Source of the DNA: Planctomycetota bacterium
Lineage (GTDB): Bacteria; Planctomycetota; Planctomycetia; Pirellulales; Pirellulaceae
Direction of reading: 5' to 3'
Length of the DNA stretch: 64,000 nt
Assembly (NCBI GenBank): GCA_039821235.1
Contig: JBCBOO010000003.1
Span: forward strand, 20,169 to 84,168
The notes under the pieces: generated by a model
Databases searched by the model: none
Told to the model about the DNA's origin: nothing
The model's input: only the letters and a program-made list of their open reading frames with translations
Shown here: one piece after another, positions 1-10,517 of the stretch
Position numbering within the stretch: the first letter of the stretch is position 1
Layout: every line of letters begins with the position of its first letter
Program-made: the position numbers and the translations under genes

Positions 1-717
1 GGAAAACGGCCGGTCATCGTGGTCGTACACGGTGGTGCCTGGGTGGCCGGTGACAAGTGGACGATGGACCAGCATGCCAGCAAGCTCGCCGAAGCCGGTT
101 ATGCCGCGGTCGCGATCAACTACCGCCACGCGCCGAAACACAAGTTTCCTTCCCAAGTTGACGATCTGCGTGTCGCATTGGTTTGGATTCACGACCATGC
201 TGAGCAATATGATTTTGATCTCGAACGCGTTGGACTCTATGGCTACTCCGCCGGGGGGCATTTGGTCTCGCTGATTGGCACGCTCGCCGATGAGTCTTGG
301 GAAAAGGTGCAGCCGACGACCAACTGGTCCCAAGATGATCCGCGTTGGGAAAAGATGCCCGATATCCGGGCGGTCTGCGCAGGCGGTCCCCCGACGGACT
401 TTCAAACCCTTCCGCCGGACAACACGTCGCTCGCCTTTTTCCTCGGTGGTTCACGCCGCGAGTGCCCCGAAAACTATCGCGCTGCTTCGCCCGTCTGTTT
501 TGTCTCCGCTTCGGATCCCCCGATTCAAATCGTTCATGGTGAAAGTGATGGCATCGTGCCAATCGCCGGCTCAAGAGCTTTTTTGAAGAAGCTCTCCGAC
601 GCGGGCACGAAAGCCTCCCTGTTCGTTGTGCCCAAGAAAGGACACATGCTGACGTTCATCAGCCCGCAGCTGACCGGAACGATGCTGGAATTTTTTCACC
701 AGCACCTACGCCGGTAG
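1..717 (+). CDS. alpha/beta-hydrolase (esterase/lipase-like), 5' end cut by window edge
   Basis: The reading frame is open from nt 1 (GKRPVIVVVHGGAW...). It has an HGG-type oxyanion motif, the nucleophile elbow GYSAGGH, and later VHGESDGIVP and KKGHML, consistent with a Ser-Asp-His triad. Confidence 0.75.
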   Translation, partial: GKRPVIVVVHGGAWVAGDKWTMDQHASKLAEAGYAAVAINYRHAPKHKFPSQVDDLRVALVWIHDHAEQYDFDLERVGLYGYSAGGHLVSLIGTLADESWEKVQPTTNWSQDDPRWEKMPDIRAVCAGGPPTDFQTLPPDNTSLAFFLGGSRRECPENYRAASPVCFVSASDPPIQIVHGESDGIVPIAGSRAFLKKLSDAGTKASLFVVPKKGHMLTFISPQLTGTMLEFFHQHLRR

Positions 718-1204
718 CGATCGATGGGATCCATCAGCATGAGGTCGGCCGCGTTTTGATCACGAGCATCCAGGAGAACGATTTCATGCGGAAACGCTGA
801 TAACGTTTTGCACGCCGATCGTGGCCTCGAAGCCGACCATCTTCGAGAGGAAACAAAAAACCGGCGGAGTTGCCACATCGTTGCCCCCGATGCAAAACAG
901 CTCGCCGGTTTTTTGGTGCCCCATACATCCCTGGACTTCTAAGGCCGCGATGACATTGGTTGTCGTCCCGCATCGTGCGTACTGGAACAACCCGCCAGAT
1001 CGTGGCCTCACGTTCATCCTTGAACATTCTGAATTTAGTAGTTTTACCCACGCCGAGAAACCCGGATTTATTTGGGAGCGCGAAAATTTGAAAAAATCTG
1101 TTTCGCGGATTGAAAGCATAGTCGGTCGAATCGGCCTGTGGAGCCTGCGGAAAGAAAGGCCCAATCAGCTTGGTTGAACCACTCAGCAGCGGTACATTGG
1201 TCGC

Positions 1205-3238
1205 ATGGACGTTCAACAAAAATCGCTACCAAAGATCCGTCAGCTTCCTCCGAACTTGATCAATCAAATCGCCGCCGGCGAAGTGATTGAACGCCCCGCA
1301 TCGGTCGTCAAAGAGCTCCTTGAGAACAGCATCGATGCAGGTTCCACGCGGATCGAAGTGACGATCCAAGGTGGCGGCACCGAACTGATCCGAATCAGTG
1401 ACAACGGTTGCGGGATGACGGCGGAACAACTGCCGCTCGCACTGGCCAGTCATGCCACGAGTAAGCTGCCGACCGACGAAGCACTTTTCCATGTGAAGAC
1501 GCTTGGGTTTCGCGGCGAGGCACTCGCGTCGATCGGCAGCGTTTCACACATGACGATTCGTAGTCGCACCCAGCACGATTCGGTGGGCTACGAGATTCAA
1601 GTGCGTGGCGGTTCGATCGAGGCGCCGCAACCTTGCGGGTGTCCTCCGGGCACGGTCATGGAGATTCGCAACCTGTTCTTCAACACGCCGGTGCGGCATC
1701 GTTTTTTGAAGACAGCGCAGACTGAGAAGGGTCACATCGTCGAAGCATTCACCCGGCTTGCACTGGCCAACCCGCGTGTCCATTTTGTGCTCACCAACAA
1801 CGACAAGGTCTTGCACGATCTGCCCGCGACGGAACGATTTGGCGATCGAGTCGCAGCGTTTTTTGGTGGAGAAATCGCCGAAACATTGATTCCGATCAAC
1901 AGCGATGACGCCCAGATTCGAGTCAGCGGCTATGTCTGCGATCCTTCGGTCAGTCGCGGCAACTCGCGGATGCAATATTTGTTTCTCAACGGGCGTTACA
2001 TTCGCGATCGCTCGTTGCAACACGCCCTCACGGAAGCCTACCGGGGGATGTTAATGGTGGGACGTCATCCGATTTGCTTTCTGCGAATGTCGATGGCGCC
2101 TGAGATGATCGATGTCAACGTGCATCCCACGAAACTGGAGGTTCGCTTTACCGATGGTGGGAGAGTCTACAGTCGTCTTTTGCAAACTCTTCGGCATCAC
2201 TTCCTTTCCACCGACATGACGCAGCGTGTCGGTCCGGCCAGTCGAGATTCCTCCGAGCCTTCGTCAAACGAACAGCTGGCCGGAAGGCCACAAAGCGAAC
2301 TTGGGATGCCGGTGCGGGTTGAGCAGGCACATCGTCAAGGCGTGATCGAGTGGGCGCGAACGGGCAACCAACCGTCGGACGTTTTCGTTTCACCGGCCAG
2401 CGGAGGTGAATCCGCAGCGGTCAGCCACGCCCCCGTTCGTCAGGAGCCGGCACCGACCAGCGACGTTGCGGCGGCAGGTCCGTCAGCCGCTCAAATGCCC
2501 GGACAAATTCCTCATTTTCAGCCCTATCCCGGGAATACGCCCGCCGCTCGTCCGCCGGCGATCGATTCGGCGCAGCCAACGACCGAGCCAGGCGAGGTGG
2601 CTCCTTGGGAATCAACCTCCGACGCGCCGAGCGACTCACCCAGCGTTTGCTACTTGGGTTTTCAAGTTCACAATCGATACTTGGTGACACAAGACGAAAA
2701 GGGCATGGTGGTGATTGACCAGCACGCGTTGCATGAGCGAGTGCTTTATGAACGTGTCAAACACAAGGTGCTCGAAAGCGGCCAGTCGCTCGAGTCGCAG
2801 GGCCTGTTGGTTCCCGAGCCGGTCACCATGACGCCTGCCGAGCGCACCAGTGTTTTGGAGCACCAGAAGACGTTGGCAAAGATCGGGATGGATGTGGAAG
2901 ATTTTGGCGGTGACTCGATCGTCATCCGTGCCTACCCGGCGATGTTGAAGAAGACACCGCCCGCCGAAATGCTGCGCACCTTGATGGATTCCGTTCTGGA
3001 TGGTGGAAAACAGCCCGAGCCGATTGAGTTGCTCAATCACTTGTTGTCCACGATCGCTTGTAAAGCGGCCGTCAAAGCCGGCGACCCACTTTCTTCCGAA
3101 GAGATCGAAGCGTTGCTTGAACAACGCGACCTTTATCACGACACGCACCATTGTCCTCATGGACGGCCGACGGCACTGTTCTTCAGCCGCGATGAACTGG
3201 ACCGCATGTTTGGACGTTTGGGGCCGCGATCCAGATGA
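1205..3238 (+). CDS. mutL: DNA mismatch repair protein MutL (endonuclease-type)
   Basis: The N-terminus carries the GHKL ATPase signature LPPNLINQIAAGEVIERPASVVKELLENSIDAG. The C-terminus carries the DQHA-x2-E-x4-E endonuclease motif (DQHALHERVLYE, nt 2717-2752) and CPHGRP. Confidence 0.95.
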   Translation: MDVQQKSLPKIRQLPPNLINQIAAGEVIERPASVVKELLENSIDAGSTRIEVTIQGGGTELIRISDNGCGMTAEQLPLALASHATSKLPTDEALFHVKTLGFRGEALASIGSVSHMTIRSRTQHDSVGYEIQVRGGSIEAPQPCGCPPGTVMEIRNLFFNTPVRHRFLKTAQTEKGHIVEAFTRLALANPRVHFVLTNNDKVLHDLPATERFGDRVAAFFGGEIAETLIPINSDDAQIRVSGYVCDPSVSRGNSRMQYLFLNGRYIRDRSLQHALTEAYRGMLMVGRHPICFLRMSMAPEMIDVNVHPTKLEVRFTDGGRVYSRLLQTLRHHFLSTDMTQRVGPASRDSSEPSSNEQLAGRPQSELGMPVRVEQAHRQGVIEWARTGNQPSDVFVSPASGGESAAVSHAPVRQEPAPTSDVAAAGPSAAQMPGQIPHFQPYPGNTPAARPPAIDSAQPTTEPGEVAPWESTSDAPSDSPSVCYLGFQVHNRYLVTQDEKGMVVIDQHALHERVLYERVKHKVLESGQSLESQGLLVPEPVTMTPAERTSVLEHQKTLAKIGMDVEDFGGDSIVIRAYPAMLKKTPPAEMLRTLMDSVLDGGKQPEPIELLNHLLSTIACKAAVKAGDPLSSEEIEALLEQRDLYHDTHHCPHGRPTALFFSRDELDRMFGRLGPRSR

Positions 3239-3978
3239 CGAGGCCTGTGACGCGCGGTACCGCTGCGAAACATTCGCCGACGAGTCCGTCGCATCGCTTG
3301 CGGGTCGATTTGGCGGAGAACGTGCTCGAGCTGTTTGCCGCTGGGGGTGTCTATGATCCGGCAACCGACTCATTGTTCGTCGCGGACTTGCATCTGGGAA
3401 AGGACAACACGTTCCGCCGAAACGGACTGGCGGTGCCACAGGGCTCGAATGAATCAACGCTCGATGCGATCTCCGACCTGGTGAGATGCACCCATCCGTC
3501 GCGATTGGTATTGCTGGGCGATTTGATTCACGAACCGTCATCGCTGTCGAGACAAGTGGTCGACTGTTTCGCGGATTTCTGCGCGCAGTTTTGCACACTC
3601 GACATCCATTTGGTCCGCGGCAATCATGATCGCGTCACGGCATTCCCTGCATCCTGGAGAATGACCGAGTGGGCTGCCGGAACACGACTCGGTGGGGTCG
3701 CCTTGTACCACGAACCCGTCGAGCCGCCCGCGGGCGAACTCGCGATTGCCGGCCACGTGCATCCTTCCTACCGCATGCAATCTCAGCAAGAAAGTCTCGG
3801 CCGGTTGCCTTGTTTTTGGTTTCACCGAAACTGTTTGGTTCTACCAGCTATTGGCCGGTTTACGGGCACCCACACGATCCGCCGGCGCGGGCACGATCGG
3901 GTTTGGGTGAACGCCGACGGAGTCCTCTTGGAAATTCCTTCCCGCGCGGTGCCTAATCGGAACGCCGGAAACTGTTAG
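3235..3978 (+). CDS. pdeM: metallophosphoesterase, ligase-associated DNA damage response endonuclease PdeM-like
   Basis: Motifs are LFVADLHLGKDNTFRRNGLAVPQG, LVLLGDLIH, VRGNHD, GHVHP and RLPCFWF...LVLPAIGRFTG, the pattern I associate with PdeM. The start overlaps the mutL stop (ATGA). Confidence 0.7.
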   Translation: MTRPVTRGTAAKHSPTSPSHRLRVDLAENVLELFAAGGVYDPATDSLFVADLHLGKDNTFRRNGLAVPQGSNESTLDAISDLVRCTHPSRLVLLGDLIHEPSSLSRQVVDCFADFCAQFCTLDIHLVRGNHDRVTAFPASWRMTEWAAGTRLGGVALYHEPVEPPAGELAIAGHVHPSYRMQSQQESLGRLPCFWFHRNCLVLPAIGRFTGTHTIRRRGHDRVWVNADGVLLEIPSRAVPNRNAGNC

Positions 3979-4060
3979 ACTCCGACAGGTCGATTGACTC
4001 CTTTCCGCCCGATTCGATTGACAGCGACAACGGTTTTGAACCGATCCCGCGTTAATCAAC

Positions 4061-5047
4061 ATGCAACAAGAACCGAACATTATTCTTTCGGGAACTGACC
4101 CGGACTTGCCACGAAAAGTTCCCCGCGATTTGGATCGCTACACGGGGATGCGAGAAATTGCGCGAGGCGGCAACGGGCTGCTTCGCGCGGCGTTTGATCC
4201 CGTCACGGGCCGACAGATCGCGATCAAGACGCTTCATCGCGAGCACTGCAACGTGCCAAACGAGAAACGCCGCCTGCTTCGCGAAGCCCGGGTGACGGCG
4301 CAGTTGCAGCATCCCAATACCGTCCCGGTGTACGACATTGGCACGGATTTGTTGCACGGCGTTTACTTCACCATGAAACTGATCTCGGGCGAGAACCTGT
4401 TTGAAGTGCTCAAGCGGATTGCCGGCGGAGACGAGCAGGCGACCAACCGGTACCCGACGCATCAGCGGATCGAAGCTCTCGCGGATGCGTGTCAGGCTCT
4501 TGCCTATGCCCATGCCCGCGGCGTGATTCATCGCGATGTCAAACCCGAGAACATTTGGCTCGGGAATTTTGGCGAGGTCTACTTGCTCGATTGGGGGACG
4601 GCCAAGGTTTGGGGATCGATCGACGACCAAACTCTGACACGCTATGACGCTTCGAAACTTAAAGAGGCGGAGGAGCAGCAGTTGCTCACACTGACGGGCG
4701 GTGGACAACGCCCGGGCACGCCGCTCTACATGTCGCCCGAACAGATTCAAGGAACGCGCAGCATCGATGAACGCAGTGACATCTTCAACGTCGGCGTTTG
4801 CATGTACGAACTGCTGGCGCTCCGCGAGCCCTTTCGTGGAAAGAATATCGATGAGACCTTTCGAAACATCATTTCCACGGATGTCCAAACACCGAGTCAG
4901 AGATCACCGGAACGTGGTATCCCACCCCAAGCAGACGAAGTCGTGATGCGAGCGATCGCCAAGAAACCCGTAGAGCGATTCCAAACGATGCGTGAACTGA
5001 TCGATTCGATCCGGCGCCTGTTGCCACTTCTGAGCCCGTCGGAGTAA
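4061..5047 (+). CDS. Ser/Thr protein kinase (kinase domain only)
   Basis: It has IAIKTL (VAIK-like), HRDVKPENIWL, DWG (DFG variant) and GTPLYMSPEQ (APE-type). Confidence 0.9.
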   Translation: MQQEPNIILSGTDPDLPRKVPRDLDRYTGMREIARGGNGLLRAAFDPVTGRQIAIKTLHREHCNVPNEKRRLLREARVTAQLQHPNTVPVYDIGTDLLHGVYFTMKLISGENLFEVLKRIAGGDEQATNRYPTHQRIEALADACQALAYAHARGVIHRDVKPENIWLGNFGEVYLLDWGTAKVWGSIDDQTLTRYDASKLKEAEEQQLLTLTGGGQRPGTPLYMSPEQIQGTRSIDERSDIFNVGVCMYELLALREPFRGKNIDETFRNIISTDVQTPSQRSPERGIPPQADEVVMRAIAKKPVERFQTMRELIDSIRRLLPLLSPSE

Positions 5048-5054
5048 CGTCGCG

Positions 5055-6965
5055 ATGTGTGGAATCACCGGCGCGGTCTGGCAAGAGGCCTCCAAGGCAA
5101 TCGATGCCGACCGTCTTAAACAAATGACCGATTCGCTGCATCATCGTGGGCCGGATGATGAGGGCCACTGGATACGCAACGAAAACATCGACGGCCAAGG
5201 GAGACGCTTCGGTGTTGCACTTGGGTTTCGGCGGCTTTCCATCATCGATCTCGAAGGCGCGGCTCAGCCGATGGCCAACGAAGATGGGACCGTGCAAATG
5301 GTCTTCAACGGCGAGATCTACAACTACCAAACGCTGCGACGTCGCCTCGAAGGTGCCGGCCACAAGTTGGCGACCGCTGGCGATGGTGAATCGATCCTTC
5401 ATCTTTACGAAGATCGCGGAACGGATTGCTTTGCGGAGCTCAACGGCATGTTTGCCGTCGGGTTGTGGGATGCCAAGCGATGCCGGCTGGTGCTCGCACG
5501 CGATCGAATCGGTCAGAAGCCACTTTATTACAGCTTGCAAGGAGGTCGGCTGGTCTTCGGCAGCGAACTCAAAAGCCTGGCGGCGGTTCCGGGCGTCTGC
5601 ACGCAGCTGGATCCGACGGCGATTGATGAATTCCTGACGTATCAGTACGTTCCACATCCGGCGACGATCTGGAAAGGCGTCTTCAAGCTACCACCGGGGC
5701 ACTTTGCAGTCTTTGAAAAAGGCGAGCTCACGGTGCAGCGGTACTGGGACTTTGATCCGTCCAAGGAAGTCGCTCTTTCGCACTCCGATGCAAAGGACCA
5801 GCTGACCGAGCTGTTGACGGACTCCGTTCGATTGAGGCTGCAGAGCGATGTTCCGCTTGGGTCGTTTCTTTCCGGCGGTATCGATTCATCGATTATTTCG
5901 GCACTCGCGCAGTCCTTGCGCTCCGATCCGATTCGGACTTTCAGTATCGGATTTCCGATCGCCGACTTTGATGAAACGAAGTATGCGGCTGAAGTCGCCA
6001 ATCATCTCGGAACGGACCACAAGCGATTCGAAGTGACGCCCAGCGGTGTGGAGGTCATTGACCAACTCGTCTGGCATTTTGACGAGCCTTTCGGTGATTC
6101 GTCTGCCGTCCCGACTTGGTATCTCTCGGAGCTGACCCGCCGCGAAGTCACGGTGGCACTCTCCGGTGATGGTGGCGACGAATTGTTTGCAGGGTACGAA
6201 CGCTATCGCGCCCTTTGGCTGAGCTGTCGACTTCGTCGGATGTTCCCCATTCATCGCACTCCCGGGATCGGTTTGGTGCAGCGTTTGCCCGATAGCAACA
6301 AGCAGTATTCGTTGCTTCGCCGGGCGAAACGGTTCTTCGAAGCCCTCGACCAGCCGGCAGCACGGCGCTATCTCAACTGGTTGCAGATCTTTCCCGAACG
6401 GATGCGGGCGGACCTCTACACCGATGACTTTGTTCAAACGTTACCGGGCGAGGATCCATTTGAGTTTCTCAATAGTGTTTGGCAGCGCAGCGAAGGACGT
6501 GATGTCGTCTCGCGCGCCTCGCTGTCGGACCTGCTCAGCTACTTGCCCTGCGACCTTTGTATGAAAGTCGATGGTGCTTCGATGGCGCACTCGTTGGAGG
6601 TTCGCCAACCGCTGCTGGATCATCGCGTGGTGGAATTCGCGGGCAGACTGCCTGTCGAGCACAAGTTCCGCGGCAAACGCGGCAAGCTCCTGTTGCAAGA
6701 CGCATTTGGTTCGCTGATCCCCAACTCCATCTTCAAGCGACGTAAGATGGGGTTTGGTATTCCGATCGGGGCTTGGTTTCGAGACGAGCTCAAACCGATG
6801 GTGCACGAGACGCTTCTCGCTGACGACGCGAGGATTGCACCGTACTTTCGTCGCGAAGCGGTCGAGAGGCTGGTGGGGCAGCACGAACGTATGGAAAATA
6901 ACCATGGTTACCGCCTTTGGAATTTATTGATCCTCGAGAAATGGCTCCGTCGCTGGACGGGTTGA
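5055..6965 (+). CDS. asnB: asparagine synthase (glutamine-hydrolysing)
   Basis: It has the N-terminal MCGITG nucleophile, the SGGIDSS PP-loop, and a length of 636 aa. Confidence 0.93.
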   Translation: MCGITGAVWQEASKAIDADRLKQMTDSLHHRGPDDEGHWIRNENIDGQGRRFGVALGFRRLSIIDLEGAAQPMANEDGTVQMVFNGEIYNYQTLRRRLEGAGHKLATAGDGESILHLYEDRGTDCFAELNGMFAVGLWDAKRCRLVLARDRIGQKPLYYSLQGGRLVFGSELKSLAAVPGVCTQLDPTAIDEFLTYQYVPHPATIWKGVFKLPPGHFAVFEKGELTVQRYWDFDPSKEVALSHSDAKDQLTELLTDSVRLRLQSDVPLGSFLSGGIDSSIISALAQSLRSDPIRTFSIGFPIADFDETKYAAEVANHLGTDHKRFEVTPSGVEVIDQLVWHFDEPFGDSSAVPTWYLSELTRREVTVALSGDGGDELFAGYERYRALWLSCRLRRMFPIHRTPGIGLVQRLPDSNKQYSLLRRAKRFFEALDQPAARRYLNWLQIFPERMRADLYTDDFVQTLPGEDPFEFLNSVWQRSEGRDVVSRASLSDLLSYLPCDLCMKVDGASMAHSLEVRQPLLDHRVVEFAGRLPVEHKFRGKRGKLLLQDAFGSLIPNSIFKRRKMGFGIPIGAWFRDELKPMVHETLLADDARIAPYFRREAVERLVGQHERMENNHGYRLWNLLILEKWLRRWTG

Positions 6966-6993
6966 AATTACTTTTGAATCGCAGGCAAGAAAC

Positions 6994-7725
6994 ATGAGAC
7001 GAACCCCAGTCACCCTGCCGGTACTCGGCAGCCTACTTCTGCTACTGATTGTGCCCTCGGTCGCGTTTGCAGAAGAATCCGTTCATCTGTTTGTGCTGTC
7101 CGGACAAAGCAACATGCAGGGACACCGTCCGGAGGAAGCATTCACGCCGGCTGTCGAAGCCGCCTTTGGGAAAGAAAACGTCCTTGTGATCCAGGATGCT
7201 CAGGGCGGGCAACCGATTTTGCGTTGGTTGAAAACGTGGCGGTCACCTGACGGGGAGCAACCCGAGAAGACGGGTGACTTGTATGACCGCCTGATGCGCA
7301 AAGTAAAGCCAGCCATCGAAGGAAAAGAGCTGGCTTCGGTCACGTTTATTTGGATGCAGGGCGAGCGTGATGCAAAGGAAAAATGGGGATCCGTCTATGA
7401 ATCCAGCCTGGTTGGACTGTTGAAACAGTTCAGTCAAGATATTGGGCGAGACGACGTGAATTTTGTCATCGGCCGGTTAAGTGACTTCGATATCGGCAAC
7501 AAACGTTACAAGGATTGGACTTTGGTGCGAAAGGCTCAGGTCAGCGCGGCCGAGTCCGACCCACGATTCGATTGGGTGAACACGGATGATCTGAACGACG
7601 GCCTGAATCGTCGTGGCAAATCGATTCAAGACGACCTGCACTATTCGGCCGAAGGCTACAAGACTCTTGGGAAACGTTTCGCCGAAAAAGCCATCGCGCT
7701 CATTCAACAGTCTGCGAATGAGTAA
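6994..7725 (+). CDS. secreted sialate O-acetylesterase-like (SASA/SGNH) carbohydrate esterase
   Basis: It has a signal peptide (LLLLLIVPSVAFA), the LSGQSNMQG motif and WMQGERD. Confidence 0.7.
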   Translation: MRRTPVTLPVLGSLLLLLIVPSVAFAEESVHLFVLSGQSNMQGHRPEEAFTPAVEAAFGKENVLVIQDAQGGQPILRWLKTWRSPDGEQPEKTGDLYDRLMRKVKPAIEGKELASVTFIWMQGERDAKEKWGSVYESSLVGLLKQFSQDIGRDDVNFVIGRLSDFDIGNKRYKDWTLVRKAQVSAAESDPRFDWVNTDDLNDGLNRRGKSIQDDLHYSAEGYKTLGKRFAEKAIALIQQSANE

Positions 7726-7742
7726 ACTAAGAGGAGTCTGCC

Positions 7743-8114
7743 TTGTCTGATACCAATGCCGCAACTCGTGAGTCGCTTTGTTCGACCAACTGTGTCCCTT
7801 GCGAAGGGGGCGTTCCCAAGCTGACGCGCGAGCAAGCCGGTCGCTACGCTTCTGCCGTTCCCGAGTGGACTCTCGCCGACGATGGGGGCAGCATTTCAAG
7901 GAAGCTCAATTGCGGGAACTTTGTCAAAGCGGTCCGCTGTTTGAATGGAATTAGTGAAATCGCCGAAGCCCAGCAGCACCATCCGGATCTGCATCTGACG
8001 GGCTATCGTCATTTGAAAGTGGTCCTGACGACGCACGCGATCGGGGGCTTGAGTGAAAACGATTTTATCGTCGCCGCTCATATCGATCGCGCCCTTGAAT
8101 CAAACGAAGCCTAA
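7743..8114 (+). CDS. phhB: 4a-hydroxytetrahydrobiopterin (pterin-4a-carbinolamine) dehydratase
   Basis: It has the family-typical size (123 aa) and the AEAQQHHPDL...V.L.TH core. The start codon is TTG. Confidence 0.8.
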   Translation: MSDTNAATRESLCSTNCVPCEGGVPKLTREQAGRYASAVPEWTLADDGGSISRKLNCGNFVKAVRCLNGISEIAEAQQHHPDLHLTGYRHLKVVLTTHAIGGLSENDFIVAAHIDRALESNEA

Positions 8115-8160
8115 GTCCGACGCCCGGTCATCGTTGCGATTCAATGTCGAATCACCTCGC

Positions 8161-9060
8161 TCAATCGTTGAGATACGAGGAGTTGGTGCCCGTGTTCCAG
8201 TTTGCGGCGGTAACCGCAGGATTCACAGGCGCTGCAGGATTCACGGGCGCTGCGGGGGCCGGCGTCGTCGTTGCCGAGGCAGGTGTCGGTGCCTTCAGGG
8301 TGGCGTCCGAGGAGGTGTCCCAACGAATTTCGCTTGGGCGTCGTTTTGCTAACGGAAACACCACATCATGTAGATTCCCCAAGATCACAACGCGAGTCAT
8401 TTCCGCCGTGCTGCGAACGTTCAGTCCGCGATAGGCTTTTTGTCGCTCGCGTTCGATCGTTTTCACGCTCACCTTCAATCGTGTCGCGATTTGTTTGTTG
8501 GGGGCACCTTCCACCACAAAGTTCACGATCTGTTGTTGGCGTTCAGGCAAGTCGTTGTACAGACGATGGCATCGCAGAACATCAAATTGATGCTCGACCA
8601 GGTTTTGGAGTGCCGAAGCGTCGCGAATGGTCTCCGTGATCTCGTGTGGTTCCATGCTGTTCATGGCGACCACGTGAGCGATTCGAGCGACGGCATCCGA
8701 AGCGGTAACGCCAGCCGTATCGTCCAGGACCAAGACGACGGGTGCCGCCACACCTTTGTCGAACAAGAGTTGCTCGATGCTGGCCCATTGTTGGATTCGT
8801 GGATCGTAGTCCAGCAGAATGCAAGCGACTTGTTCGCAGGCGGCCGCCTGTGTGACCAATGATGTGATCGAACTGGCGGTTTGCAAACGGCAGTTTTCCA
8901 TCTTTGCCGCCTGACCGACTTTGGCAAGCCAGGTTGCATCTTTGCTAGCCGCAAAGACAACGCGTTGTTGGACCGCAGCTGGAATGCCCGGCTGTGGATT
9001 CGCTTGCCCCGCGGGCGAGGCGAGCGAGGGTTCATTTCGTTGAATCATGAATCCATTCAC
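8161..9060 (-). CDS. LuxR-family HTH regulator with receiver-like N-domain and Pro/Ala-rich C-terminal tail
   Basis: The LuxR HTH reads LPERQQQIVNFVVEGAPNKQIATRLKVSVKTIERERQKAYRGLNV. The receiver-like region has ILLDYD. The tail contains APVNPAAPVNPA, encoded by an 18-nt x2 tandem repeat at 8216-8251. Confidence 0.7.
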   Translation of the reverse strand: MNGFMIQRNEPSLASPAGQANPQPGIPAAVQQRVVFAASKDATWLAKVGQAAKMENCRLQTASSITSLVTQAAACEQVACILLDYDPRIQQWASIEQLLFDKGVAAPVVLVLDDTAGVTASDAVARIAHVVAMNSMEPHEITETIRDASALQNLVEHQFDVLRCHRLYNDLPERQQQIVNFVVEGAPNKQIATRLKVSVKTIERERQKAYRGLNVRSTAEMTRVVILGNLHDVVFPLAKRRPSEIRWDTSSDATLKAPTPASATTTPAPAAPVNPAAPVNPAVTAANWNTGTNSSYLND

Positions 9061-9347
9061 TTCACGAGTTTTGAACGTCTGGCGGAACCTTCCACACCCG
9101 TATGCGGGGCCGCCGGTAACCAGTGCATCGGCTTGTATGAGTGTTCGCCCTCACCTGTCGCGAGAGCGTGTCTTACGCCTGTGTCCCGCACGCAGGCGCA
9201 CTTCACGTTGCGTGAATTACGCATGCGTGATCCACACTGAAGGAACTCCCTCACGCGAAATCTTTTGTAGACTGATACGCAGCAACGCTGGATGCCGCCC
9301 GAAGGCGTCGGCCTTTCGCTTGACTTGTCAAAGAGAGCAACTGAAAC

Positions 9348-10517
9348 GTGATGCAACGCAGTGCGGTCGTCGTGGGAACCGGATTCATTGGACCGATTCA
9401 TGTGGAAGCCCTTCGCCGTGCCGGTGTCCGCGTGGCCGGTGTCGTCGGGTCATCCCCCGAAAAGTCGCGACGTGCCGCCGAGCAGTTGGGCATTCCCGAC
9501 GGCATCGAAACCCTGGACGATGCTCTGTCGCGCGACGACGTGGACTGCGTTCATATTGCCTCGCCCAATCGACTTCATTTTTCGCAAGCCCTTGCGGTCT
9601 TGGAAGCGGGCAAACATGTGGTGTGTGAAAAACCACTCGCCATGAATTCCGACGAAACCGCAACACTCGTGTCGTTGGCCAAGTCACGGGGACTCTCCGC
9701 GGCGGTCGCCTACAATATTCGCTTCTACCCGCTCTGCCACGAAGCTGCCGCACGCGTTGCCAGCGGATCGATCGGGGAATTTCTGCACGTGCAGGGTTCT
9801 TACGTGCAGGACTGGTTGCTCCGCCGGTCCGACTTCAATTGGCGAGTCCTCGCAGCAGACGGCGGCGAACTTCGTGCCGTGGCGGACATTGGAACGCACT
9901 GGCTGGACCTGATCCAGTTTGTCACGGGAAAGAAGATTGTCTCCGTTTGCGCCGACCTGCGAACCGTCTATCCCGAGCGAGATCGGCCGGTCGGCAACGT
10001 CGAGACCTTTTCGAGTGGCTCCTCGTCCAAGTCGCCGACGGAGCCCATCAAAATTACCACGGAAGATTGTGGCGCCGTGATGTTGCGATTCGAAGGCGGA
10101 GCCAATGGAACGCTTTGGGTGTCGCAAACGACGGCCGGACGTAAGAACTGTCTCCGGTTCGAAGTCGCCGGAAGTGAGCAATCAATCTCGTTCGACAGTC
10201 AACAACCCAATTCTCTCGAGATCGGACATCGCGATCGCGCGAATCAAACGCTGCTTCGTGACCCTTCACTGATGGAACCTTCGGCCGCTTCGATTGCGAG
10301 TTATCCGGGTGGCCACAACGAAGGCTTCAATGACACGTTCAAGCAACTGTTCCGATCGTTCTATCGTTCGCTCGACCAAGCGGAATCGGCGTCCGGTGCG
10401 TTGTATCCGACCTTCGCCGATGGCCACCGCGAAGTCTTGCTCTGCGAGGCCATCCTGCAAAGTCACCGAGAACGACGTTGGGTCGACGTGCGGAATGAGG
10501 GTTCCGCGATCCGATGA
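9348..10517 (+). CDS. Gfo/Idh/MocA family oxidoreductase
   Basis: It has the N-terminal Rossmann fold [15 protein letters not shown] and the EKPLA motif ([10 protein letters not shown]). Confidence 0.85.
   Translation: MMQRSAVVVGTGFIGPIHVEALRRAGVRVAGVVGSSPEKSRRAAEQLGIPDGIETLDDALSRDDVDCVHIASPNRLHFSQALAVLEAGKHVVCEKPLAMNSDETATLVSLAKSRGLSAAVAYNIRFYPLCHEAAARVASGSIGEFLHVQGSYVQDWLLRRSDFNWRVLAADGGELRAVADIGTHWLDLIQFVTGKKIVSVCADLRTVYPERDRPVGNVETFSSGSSSKSPTEPIKITTEDCGAVMLRFEGGANGTLWVSQTTAGRKNCLRFEVAGSEQSISFDSQQPNSLEIGHRDRANQTLLRDPSLMEPSAASIASYPGGHNEGFNDTFKQLFRSFYRSLDQAESASGALYPTFADGHREVLLCEAILQSHRERRWVDVRNEGSAIR

Noticed and set aside
855-914. An inverted repeat aaaaaaccggcg / cgccggtttttt downstream of the hydrolase gene was considered as a terminator.
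   Set aside because: The 36-nt loop is too large for a confident intrinsic terminator. It is left unannotated.
2636-3598. There is a 320-aa ORF antisense to mutL/pdeM. Similar long antisense ORFs occur at 4052-4888, 20246-20887, 24199-25017, 44726-45451, 51190-51918, 52020-52865 and 57200-58231.
   Set aside because: Each lies opposite a gene with strong family motifs. They are Arg/Pro/Ser/Gly-rich, as expected for shadow ORFs in GC-rich DNA, and none has a recognisable motif.
8216-8251. There is an 18-nt x2 tandem repeat inside the LuxR-family gene tail.
   Set aside because: It is a trivial in-frame duplication (PAAPVN x2) in a low-complexity linker. It has no evident regulatory meaning.
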